64,000 nucleotides of DNA from an uncultured Acidimicrobiia bacterium (GTDB taxonomy: Bacteria; Acidobacteriota; Terriglobia; Versatilivoradales; Versatilivoraceae): NCBI GenBank assembly GCA_963786955.1, contig CAWBAT010000007.1:32001-96000 (forward strand). The letters are read 5' to 3'. A program made the translations under genes and the position numbers. Positions 30,737-39,582 of the stretch are shown here, one piece after another (position 1 is the first letter of the stretch; each line of letters starts with the position of its first letter). The notes below the pieces were generated by a model, which saw only the letters and a list, made by a program, of their open reading frames with translations, was not told the DNA's origin and ran no database searches.

Positions 30737-31651
30737 CTACTTAGCGAAAGGGACTTTATCTGTTTCTGAAGAATCTTCAAAAATGCTCACAGCGACGTTG
30801 ACTGTCAGATGGTGATTTCCGCCGCCTAGAATGACTCCGCGAATGGGGCTAACATCGCTATAATCTCGACCCCAGGCAAGCGTTGCATGGAGATCAGAGG
30901 CCATTTGATTGTTGGTAGGGTCAACGTCAACCCAGGCAGCCAGTTCAGGGATGTACACCGAAACCCAGGCATGGGAAGCTTCGGTGCTCGTTGGGTCACG
31001 GTCTTCTGATAGGGAATTGGAATAAAGATAACCACTCACGTACCGTGCTGCCAAGCCAAGGGAGCGCAAGCAGGCGATCTGGAGATGCGCAAAATCCTGG
31101 CAAACGCCGCGCCGCAATTCGAAGACCTCAGACACGGGTGTCCGCACTTCAGTTGCCTTGGGATCAAATCTGAAGTCCTGATGAATTCTTTGAGTCAGGT
31201 CAAGCACCGCTTCAAGCAAGAGTCTACGGGGAGGGAAAGAAGCCAAGGCATAGGAGGCTATTTTTCGATTCCACTTTACTTGTGGGGATTCGAAGACGAA
31301 CTCGCGGGCCTGCAGGTCTTCTTGGCTCAGGCTCTCCTGGAGCCTTTCGGCTGTTCTTTCCCAGTTCAGTGTTTGATTAAATAATGATCCGACTGGGGGC
31401 GTGACCAAAACATCACTCTGAGCTTCAATCGTCAAACTCTGATGCGCCATCTGCATGGAAAAGTAGGTCGCCGTATTCCCGAAATAATCTTGCCGTTCCC
31501 CTGAAAACTGCGGGAGCGGGTCTGTTGTTAAATGGTGACGAAAACAAACCTGGTTGGACATGGATCGAGGAGTGAGGTGAACCAGATGCTGAGATATCGA
31601 AACAGGTTCCTCATACAGATAGCTGGTTACGTGTCTGATACGGAGTGTCAT
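30737..31651 (-). CDS. Transglutaminase family protein
   Basis: HVTSYLY, GVCQDFAH, ARYVSGYL, SHAWVS, DPTNN, GRDYSDVSP. Confidence 0.92.
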   Translation of the reverse strand: MTLRIRHVTSYLYEEPVSISQHLVHLTPRSMSNQVCFRHHLTTDPLPQFSGERQDYFGNTATYFSMQMAHQSLTIEAQSDVLVTPPVGSLFNQTLNWERTAERLQESLSQEDLQAREFVFESPQVKWNRKIASYALASFPPRRLLLEAVLDLTQRIHQDFRFDPKATEVRTPVSEVFELRRGVCQDFAHLQIACLRSLGLAARYVSGYLYSNSLSEDRDPTSTEASHAWVSVYIPELAAWVDVDPTNNQMASDLHATLAWGRDYSDVSPIRGVILGGGNHHLTVNVAVSIFEDSSETDKVPFAK

Positions 31652-34215
31652 GTTATGTGCCCCTTGGAGAAGGAACTCAATTGCTGGGTGACTTTCGCGT
31701 GACTGAAGTAACGTTGAATGATGAGATTTGAAATCGAGTAGAGGCTATTCCCGAGTGACAACAGGAGATTTTCGAGCGGTACTCGTCGTCTCCCATCCTC
31801 ACGGAGTGACAGGACTTCAATGGAGTTGGAATGCAGAAGGCCTTGCGCATCTTCGATGATTTTCTCTTCTGGGCCTGCCTCGCCCGACAAACTTTCGCCG
31901 CCCAACTGTCTAAAATGCTCTGCGAGCGAATTAAGCTGGTATGACAGCGAACGCGGATTACTCTCATCGAGTAGGAGTAGGTCGAGCACAGGCGCAAGTT
32001 CGAGAGTGGCAAAATATCGGGACCGATATGTCATCGAACTATCGACCACGTCGAGAACCATTTCCAAAATTGGTCTTCCATCAGGATCCAGATCGACGAG
32101 CAAGCCCCGTAATAACCTGATTAAATAAAGCGCGCGCTCCAAACGTCGCCCGATGTGAAGAAAATGCCAGCCCTGACCGCGAGTCATATTTTCTCGTTCC
32201 ATCCCGCGAAACGCTGCTAAAGCGTAGATCCAACGATTGAGAACTGGCAGGGTCTCCGTAATTTGAAGACTGGATCTCGATTTTGGCCGGGAAACCAGCT
32301 GGTTGAGGATTCGCACCGTATCGAACGACAATCGGTCGCGTACGCTCCCCGCCACCCGGTGAAGTTCATTGAGGGTTGCTTGCAGACTGTAGGGTTTTTT
32401 CTCATCGAAAATAAAACAGATCAATTCTCCCTCAAGAGCCTTTAACGCATCCGCATCGGGCCGAGAGTATAATCCCCAATTGATAGGCCAAAGACTGGCA
32501 ACCATCCTCAATAAGAGATCCAATTGATTTCGGGTCAGGAGGCGAGATTCTTCAATTAGCCGATCTAAAACCGTTCGTAACAGGCGGGCTTCTCCTTCAG
32601 AACGCTCCGCATAGCGGCCAAGCCAGAACAGATTGTCTGCTACCCTGCTGGGGAGGTCTCTGGTGCTTCGCTTAAGTTGGACAGGCTGATTCGACAGGTT
32701 CAGAAGACTGAAGGGCTCCACCGGTTCTTCCGAGAGAACCCAGGTATTTTTACTGCCCCCGCCTTTTTGCATCGAAACAACCAGAGTATCAGGAGAACTG
32801 GAGATTCTGGTTAGACCGCCCGGGAGTACCTGGTAGGTGTCTCCCGCCCGAGTTAAGTTTGCCCTGAGCACCATGGGCCTGGGTTCAAGCCCGGAGGAAC
32901 TCCATACAGGCGCTGTCGAAAGTGCCAGTTTTTCCTGTGAAACAAATTGGGTTGGCCGGGCTCGCAAACGCGCCATCAAACGCGATTTTTCCATCCTGGG
33001 CAACGACGCGCAAAAAATGGGCTCCATCCCATTGCCTGGATAGGCTGGCTTGATCACGAATTCGTCCAAATGATCCAAGACACGATTCAAGTCAGGGCTA
33101 GAGCCACACCACCCCGTAGCAATCGATGGTATTTTGAGTTCCTCATCCAGGAAGTACCGGCAAAGGCTGGGCAAGAAGGGGATCAAGGCCGGAGTTTCAA
33201 TGACCCCACTGCCCAAAGTATTCGCAACGGCGACGGTTCCTGCCCGAACAGCTTCCAGCAGGCCCGCCACTCCAAGAAACGATTCGCCCAAAAATTCAAG
33301 CGGGTCACAAAAATTGTCATCCACGCGCCGCAATATGACATCGATGGGCTGGAGACCGTCGAGCGTCTTCAAATAAACATGTCTGTCCCGGACCATGAGA
33401 TCTCCGCCCTCAACGAGCGTGAGACCCAGATAACGAGCCAAATAAACGTGCTCGAAGTAAGTTTCGTTGTAAGGTCCAGGCGTGAGGAGAACAATTCGCG
33501 GGTTCTCTTTGTTCAGAGTTGCCAACCCCAATAACATTTCGCGTTCGGTCCGGAAAAAAGTGGCTAGCCTACGGACTTGTGAATCACGAAAAAGATCCGG
33601 GAAAACACGGGAAAGAACAATTCGATTCTCCAGTGCGTAACCCGCTCCGGAAGGGGCTTGGGTCCGATCGGCCAGGACGCACCATTGGCCATTGGGTGAG
33701 CGGGCAAGATCCGCTGCATACAGATGGAGGTAAACGTTGTAAGGAACCGGAACACCATGGCAGGGCCGCAAAAATCCGGGATTGTCGAACACTAGCTCGG
33801 GGGGAAGCAAGCCATTTTTCAGAATCCTTTGTTCGCCATAAAGGTCCGCTAAGATGAGATTGAACAGAAAGGCTCGTTGGGTCAGACCCTTTTCCAATTT
33901 TCTCCATTCTGTATCAGCCAAAGGAAGGGGAATGATGTCCAACTCCAATGGCCTTTCGGTCCCTTGAGGATCACCATAGATGTTATAGGTGACACCATTC
34001 TCCCGAATCAACCTCTTGGCGTTCTGTTGTCGGCGTTCCAGTTCCTCCAATCCCAGCGCTTCCAGTGTGCGAATCACGCGGCCCCAATGAGCGCGCAAGA
34101 CCTCTGGCTCCTCACACATTTCGTCGAAGATGCCGGAAGGCCGGGGATATTTTTTGAGGAGACCTGGATGAGTGGGGATCTCCAAGGCCTCTGGATTCAC
34201 ATTTTTCCCAGTCAT
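31648..34215 (-). CDS. Circularly permuted type 2 ATP-grasp protein fused to alpha-E domain
   Basis: APSGAGYALENR, LLTPGPYNETYFEH, GGGSKNTWV, then NLFWLGRYAER..GRRLERA alpha-E. Confidence 0.92.
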   Translation of the reverse strand: MTGKNVNPEALEIPTHPGLLKKYPRPSGIFDEMCEEPEVLRAHWGRVIRTLEALGLEELERRQQNAKRLIRENGVTYNIYGDPQGTERPLELDIIPLPLADTEWRKLEKGLTQRAFLFNLILADLYGEQRILKNGLLPPELVFDNPGFLRPCHGVPVPYNVYLHLYAADLARSPNGQWCVLADRTQAPSGAGYALENRIVLSRVFPDLFRDSQVRRLATFFRTEREMLLGLATLNKENPRIVLLTPGPYNETYFEHVYLARYLGLTLVEGGDLMVRDRHVYLKTLDGLQPIDVILRRVDDNFCDPLEFLGESFLGVAGLLEAVRAGTVAVANTLGSGVIETPALIPFLPSLCRYFLDEELKIPSIATGWCGSSPDLNRVLDHLDEFVIKPAYPGNGMEPIFCASLPRMEKSRLMARLRARPTQFVSQEKLALSTAPVWSSSGLEPRPMVLRANLTRAGDTYQVLPGGLTRISSSPDTLVVSMQKGGGSKNTWVLSEEPVEPFSLLNLSNQPVQLKRSTRDLPSRVADNLFWLGRYAERSEGEARLLRTVLDRLIEESRLLTRNQLDLLLRMVASLWPINWGLYSRPDADALKALEGELICFIFDEKKPYSLQATLNELHRVAGSVRDRLSFDTVRILNQLVSRPKSRSSLQITETLPVLNRWIYALAAFRGMERENMTRGQGWHFLHIGRRLERALYLIRLLRGLLVDLDPDGRPILEMVLDVVDSSMTYRSRYFATLELAPVLDLLLLDESNPRSLSYQLNSLAEHFRQLGGESLSGEAGPEEKIIEDAQGLLHSNSIEVLSLREDGRRRVPLENLLLSLGNSLYSISNLIIQRYFSHAKVTQQLSSFSKGHIT

Positions 34216-34365
34216 GCGGCAAGTACGCTCTCTCGCAATGGATCCAGAATGAAATTTCGAAGCATGTCGGAATCGCCTCGAGAATGAGCTCGGCCATTAG
34301 AAAACATGCAGGCCTTAAACAACTTCGCTGTCGGTTGGGTTTCCATTCTCGTCAAAGCGGAACAT

Positions 34366-35337
34366 TTATTTCTGGAGCGCCAATTTGGAGACTGGTCGTG
34401 CAGCAAAGAATGTCTCATGGATGCCCTCTCCCACGAAATTCAGCTTGTTTTGTAATCCGTCAAGGAATTCGTGTAATCCCTGATGAATAATTTCACCGAC
34501 TTTGGCATAGGCTAATTCTGCACGGAGCTGTCCCAAGCGCTGTTCGGCCAAATTCTTGAAGGATCCGAGTGGCGACCCCGCGATGGCATGCAAAGATTCA
34601 TCAGCCGTATTGAGACAGTAATGGACGGCACGTGGGAATTGGGGGTCGAGGAGGAGAAATTCAACAATGCTTCCTGGAAAAAGACGCCCGTAAGATTTGC
34701 GGTACATTTCAAGTGCACTGGCGGAACGTAGGACCGAAGTCCATTGGATATCGTCATACGGGCTGCCCACCTCAACCACCTCGGGAAGGAGGATAAAGTA
34801 TTTGACATCGAGAATGCGAGTGGTCTTATCCGCTCGTTCCAGCATGCGGCCCAGCCAACAGAAATTCCAAGCCTCGTTGTGTGAGAGTGTGGAATCCGTG
34901 ATGCCTGCAAACAGGTGACTGGCGAGTTTGATTTCTCCGAAGAAGTCGTGCAATTCCTCAATGCTCCACCCTGCGGCCGCTTCTGCATTGACCATCAAAT
35001 AAAACCGGTTGACTTGCTCCCACATCTCGGACGAGATGACTTCCCGGATGGAGCGTGCATTTTCACGAGCAGAGCGAACACAGGAAAGAATGGAATTTGG
35101 ATTCGAGGCGTCCAGGGTGAGGAATTGGATTACGTTCTCTCGAGTGGCTTCTCCATAATTTCTAGAAAAGAGTTCCTGATCTCCCGTTGTATTGACTAGA
35201 GGGTCCCATTGATCCTCATAACCGAGAGGGCGGTCGAGCATGAGATTCAAATTCACATCGATGACACGCGCTACGTTTTCCGCACGCTCGATATAACGAC
35301 TCATCCAGTAAATGGACTCAGCTACTCGACTGAGCAT
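34366..35337 (-). CDS. Alpha-E domain protein
   Basis: MLSRVAESIYWMSRYIERAEN, GRMLERADKTTRILDVKY, FPRAV. Confidence 0.92.
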   Translation of the reverse strand: MLSRVAESIYWMSRYIERAENVARVIDVNLNLMLDRPLGYEDQWDPLVNTTGDQELFSRNYGEATRENVIQFLTLDASNPNSILSCVRSARENARSIREVISSEMWEQVNRFYLMVNAEAAAGWSIEELHDFFGEIKLASHLFAGITDSTLSHNEAWNFCWLGRMLERADKTTRILDVKYFILLPEVVEVGSPYDDIQWTSVLRSASALEMYRKSYGRLFPGSIVEFLLLDPQFPRAVHYCLNTADESLHAIAGSPLGSFKNLAEQRLGQLRAELAYAKVGEIIHQGLHEFLDGLQNKLNFVGEGIHETFFAARPVSKLALQK

Positions 35338-35349
35338 GGGTCGACACCT

Positions 35350-36933
35350 CTATTGTTGCCCGTGATTTTCCGAAAAAGTTGGAGTCTTGTTGTTATCCGA
35401 AGGGGGTGTTGAAATGACCCAGGTATCCTTGCTGCCCCCTCCCTGGGAAGAATTGACCACCAGCGAGCCTTTTTTCAAAGCAACTCGGGTCAGGCCACCC
35501 GGAAGGACGTAGATCTCTTTCCCATACAAGACATATGGACGCAGGTCGACATGACGTCCTTCAATCGCATCGCCGGTAATCACGGGAACGCGAGAAAGGG
35601 AGAGAGTGGGTTGTGCAATGTAATTTCTCGGATTCTCTCGAATACGGTCGGCAAATTTTTCCTGTTCGTCCTTGGTCGAATGAGGACCGACCAACATGCC
35701 GTACCCTCCAGATTCATTGGCGGCTTTGACGACCAACTGATCCAGGTGATCCAGGACATATTTCAAATCATCTTCTTCCCAGCATACATAGGTAGGAACG
35801 TTCGGAATCAAAAGATCTTCTCCTAAGTAATATTTGATGATTTCGGGGACATAGGCATACACCACTTTGTCGTCTGCCACGCCTGTGCCTGGGGCATTAA
35901 CCAAAGCGACACGCCCACTGCGATACACGTCGAACAGACCCGGAACCCCCAGAACAGAGTCCGGCCGAAGCACTTTTGGATCCAGGAAATCGTCGTCAAT
36001 TCGGCGATAAATGACATCCACCCTTTCCAGACCTGTCGTCGTCCGCATCTGGACATATCCATCGATGACGACAAGATCCCGGCCTTCAACAAGCTGGACG
36101 CCCATCTGTTTGGCCAAGAATGAATGTTCAAAATAGGCCGAGTTGTAGATCCCGGGAGTTAAAACCACAACGCGAGGTGTGTTGGGCCCTTGTGGCGCCA
36201 CATGTTGCAACATGTCGAGGAGTCGACTGGGATAGTAATCCACGGGCTGAACGCGGGACGATGTTTCAAAGATTTGAGGGAAGGTCCTCTTCATGACCTG
36301 GCGATTCTCCAGCACGTAAGAGACTCCCGAGGGACAGCGCAAATTGTCTTCGAGAACAAAAAATTGGCCTCCTGCATCCCGGACTAGATCGGTTCCGGTA
36401 ATGTGACACCAAATCCCTTGTGGAGGATTGCAACCGATACACGCGCTCCGGAATGCCTTCGCCGTAAAGATAATTTCCCGAGGAATAATCCCATCCTTGA
36501 GAATCTTCTGATCATGGTAAAGGTCATCAATGAAAAGATTAAGACCGTAGACTCGCTGTCTGAGGCCTTTCTCGAGGAGTTCCCATTCCGAAGATTCAAC
36601 GACCCGCGGTATAATATCGAACGGAAAAATCCTTTCAGTCCCCTCACGTCCGCCATAGACGTTAAAGGTGATTCCCATTTGCAGAAGGGCTCGCTCGGCG
36701 GCATCCTGGTAGCGGTGTAATTCTCCATTGGAGAGCGATTCGATCAACTGAACTAGCATTCTAGCCCCGCCCCGCGGCTGCCCTGGAGCGGTAAACATTT
36801 CGTCAAAGAAATCAGCCGGATCATAGTTCCCGAAATGGAAGTAATGGTGGTTGGGGTCCAGGGTGTTGGCCGGATTGCCGGTTATTTCTGAGATCCTCCT
36901 CTCAGACCGACGAATACTCTTGCTACTGATCAT
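35350..36933 (-). CDS. Circularly permuted type 2 ATP-grasp protein
   Basis: [58 protein letters not shown]. Confidence 0.93.
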   Translation of the reverse strand: MISSKSIRRSERRISEITGNPANTLDPNHHYFHFGNYDPADFFDEMFTAPGQPRGGARMLVQLIESLSNGELHRYQDAAERALLQMGITFNVYGGREGTERIFPFDIIPRVVESSEWELLEKGLRQRVYGLNLFIDDLYHDQKILKDGIIPREIIFTAKAFRSACIGCNPPQGIWCHITGTDLVRDAGGQFFVLEDNLRCPSGVSYVLENRQVMKRTFPQIFETSSRVQPVDYYPSRLLDMLQHVAPQGPNTPRVVVLTPGIYNSAYFEHSFLAKQMGVQLVEGRDLVVIDGYVQMRTTTGLERVDVIYRRIDDDFLDPKVLRPDSVLGVPGLFDVYRSGRVALVNAPGTGVADDKVVYAYVPEIIKYYLGEDLLIPNVPTYVCWEEDDLKYVLDHLDQLVVKAANESGGYGMLVGPHSTKDEQEKFADRIRENPRNYIAQPTLSLSRVPVITGDAIEGRHVDLRPYVLYGKEIYVLPGGLTRVALKKGSLVVNSSQGGGSKDTWVISTPPSDNNKTPTFSENHGQQ

Positions 36934-37058
36934 ATATTTTCCCTCCTGCAGAGCTTCTTACCGGTGGAAGATGAGTTCTTCGTAGTACCCATTCCATATC
37001 CTTTTAGCTGTTCCCAACCGCCGTAATCCGCGGCGAGCTGAACAGACATTGAATCCCC

Positions 37059-37118
37059 AAAAAAAGAAAAGGCGTCTGGAAAGGGGAACCACATTCCGTT
37101 CCAGGACGCCTTTGTCCT
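37059..37118 (-). promoter_or_regulatory. Leader attenuator: ANTAR-like hexaloop hairpin overlapping an intrinsic terminator
   Basis: AGGAC-AAAGGC-GTCCT (37118-37103) overlaps the 5' arm of GGCGTCCTGGAA...TTCCAGACGCC plus a U-tract. Confidence 0.55.
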
Positions 37119-37581
37119 TCAACGACAGATCAGAGCCGGGACTCTCAGCCGAACAATGATTGCCTGCACCGTACTCATCTACGACGGTCTGATTGTTAAT
37201 TTAGGGAAGAGGGAGGATAAACGCAAATTTATAAATTTGATCTCATGCATAAGATAATCTTATAGAGAAAATTCTGCACCGGGGCCACCTGACTCAAGTT
37301 GTCGGAGTGGTTCTGAGTCGGTCGCTTGATTGGTTAATAGAACTAGCGAACGAATCTGGAAGAAATTGGGTTTCGTTGTTGACCGGCCTGCAAATATCGA
37401 AAGTTGGGTGTTCTTGGTGGGTGAGTCATTGACGCAGGTGATCATCATTTTGAGCATCCTGCGGAAGAGAGATTCCGTCGCACGATATGGGGGCAGGAAG
37501 GTAGAGAACATGAAAGTTCTGGTGAATCCGTTGGAATGCATCAAACACATCCAGCTGATGACACGCATGCTTGCCGCAATG

Positions 37582-37918
37582 GGGTGATGTAACTTTGTTT
37601 GTGTAAAAAGGAAGAGGGTGTAAGTTTGGTTTTCTAGGCGGAAGACCAAAATCCCTTCAATAAGAAAGGAGCTTACACCCTATGCAGAAGTTAGCACCAG
37701 TGACCGAGCAGATTCAACACTTTGTGGAAGAAGTCAAAGAGAGCTTTTGGGGAGACGTGTACGACAAGGGCAAGCAGGCAGTAAAAGAGTTATTAGAAGC
37801 GGATTCAGAACGGCAACGGTATTTGATGACAGAGTCGTATGAGCGGACGGGAAGGCCGGGACGGGATTATCGCAATGGCTGTTATGAACGGGACTTGGTG
37901 ACGCGGTTTGGTCTTTGA
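37582..37918 (+). pseudogene. IS256-family transposase 5' fragment with probable left end
   Basis: ORF 37682-37918 ending YER..GRDYRNGCYERDLVTRFG (IS256 N-terminal motif), truncated; GGGTGATGTAACTTTGTTTGTGTAAA resembles an IS256 IR. Confidence 0.65.
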
Positions 37919-38006
37919 ATTGCAAAAACTTACTCCAAAACGAGGACTCAAAATGAGGTTGATAATCATTGCGAAACGGCGGCTTGATGGGCTAATTTCC
38001 TTTAGG

Positions 38007-38630
38007 TAAACCCCCAGCTTTGCTGGGGGACTCCAGGAGTTTGACAACTCCGGGGTGAAACAAGAAAGTCTCCCAACCGTGAACCGCTCAAAGTTACACG
38101 GAAAGGAGACTTTTAGTGAACAATGTTGAAAGCCTAAGCCATACCAAGTGGGAATGCAAATACCACATTGTGTTTATCCCGAAGTATCGCAAGAAAGCGT
38201 TGTACGGTGCACTTCGCCAACAATTGGGGGATTTACTAAGGCAGTTGGCGATGCAACGAGAGAGCCGGATCGAAGAAGGCCATTTGATGCGGGACCATGT
38301 GCATATGCTCGTGTCCATTCCGCCAAAGTACTCCGTATCCCAGGTGGTTGGATACCTGAAAGGGAAAAGTGCCATCCACATTGCTCGGACATTCTTGGGA
38401 AAGCCGAGAAACTTCACGGGTGAGAGTTTCTGGGCGAGAGGATACTTCGTTTCGACAGTAGGAAGAGATGAGCAGCAAATCCGCGAGTACATAAAAAAGC
38501 AAGACCAGGAAGACCAGCGAATAGATCAACAAACGATGTTCAGCAAGTAGCCACTTTGAGTGGCTCCAAACATAAACCGCTTTGAGCGGTTCACAAAATC
38601 AAGCCTCCGGCTTTGCCGGAGGTCTTTACT
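38007..38630 (+). mobile_element. IS200/IS605-family element (tnpA only); exact ends uncertain by a few bp
   Basis: Left hairpin CCCCCAGC-TTT-GCTGGGGG (38011-38029), right hairpin CCTCCGGC-TTT-GCCGGAGG (38604-38622). Confidence 0.88.
38116..38550 (+). CDS. tnpA: IS200-type transposase TnpA (Y1)
   Basis: YHIVFIPKYR, DHVHML, LKGKSA, FWARGYFVSTVG, YIKKQ. Confidence 0.95.
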   Translation: MNNVESLSHTKWECKYHIVFIPKYRKKALYGALRQQLGDLLRQLAMQRESRIEEGHLMRDHVHMLVSIPPKYSVSQVVGYLKGKSAIHIARTFLGKPRNFTGESFWARGYFVSTVGRDEQQIREYIKKQDQEDQRIDQQTMFSK

Positions 38631-38772
38631 GACTGACTCTACGTGGGTAGAAGGCTTTGAGGCGTTTAGGTCGTATTGTTCTCGGGATGTTTGTCCATAT
38701 CCGACTGATACCGAAGAGTTTAAGAGTTGGATTGAGGGCTGGATAGACGCAGAGGATGCTGCCGCGTTCTAA
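38629..38772 (+). pseudogene. Rmf/CrpP-like small protein, 5' end disrupted by IS200
   Basis: WVEGFEAFRSYCSRDVCPYPTDTEEFKSWIEGW matches the G[YF]xA...CPY...WxxGW pattern. Confidence 0.5.
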
Positions 38773-39582
38773 GACCAAGAAAAGCTTTTCGATGAGTTTA
38801 TGCATGGACTCCTGGAATTCCTCCTCATTAGGGAGAGGTAGGCCCGATTGACTAAACCAACAGTGGGAAACTATACCCTGAGAAATCAATATTCTGCTCC
38901 AAGTAATGAAGATCAGTTTTCCGGTGCTTCAAATTCGGGGTTTGACTCTCTGCAGAATGGTGAATTCACACCTAAACTTGACATTGGAACAATCGCTCTC
39001 TGATTACTCTTATCCTTAGGCTAAACCTCTACGATTTACCACAAATACTATCGGAGGTTCGGTTGGTCTGATTTTGACCTTGGCTTCCGCTTTGAGGGTG
39101 ATTTCCTCGGTGGGTTGATCCATGGGAAGCCCAAATAAATTGTGCCATTCCGCAAAACCTTAATCGGGTAATGGAATATCTCTAAGAGGAAATTTTTTGC
39201 CTTCCTTTAGGATCTGATGAAAGGGAAGTTTCGTCTCAAACTTGAATTCTTTCAGTCTGGTTCTTTAAAATCATGGGTATTCTTAAAGTCTTAGTGAGCC
39301 AATGGCGGTGACCAAAAGATTGGAGTAAAACGTGCAGCATTTGTAGTGTTTTAGCCAATGGCCCTTCTTTGCCTTTAGAGTGAATTCCTTAAATAATTGA
39401 TACTAGTGCGGCTATGAATGGGGAGTTTCAGCGCGTTGAACCTGCAATCTGGTAATGCAGTTTGTAGTGAGCGATTGAAGCCCGAGGCTCTCCACTTGAG
39501 TAAGGGTGAGGGAATGAAGAAGAAATGCGAGGGCTCAAATCTAAAACTAGGTGCACATCGCGCACACAAGAGGGGAGGAACC

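Noticed and set aside
37059-37200. glnA (glutamine) riboswitch
   Set aside because: I could not find the conserved CGTT...GGAAG...GAAG.AACG core; the hexaloop/terminator overlap fits ANTAR better
37330-37587. GGDEF-like fragment (LRKRDSVARYGG)
   Set aside because: Match limited to about 12 residues with no EEF and no other motifs; may be a remnant but cannot be supported
38007-38630. TnpB/omega-RNA system
   Set aside because: The element has only tnpA; no room or ORF for tnpB
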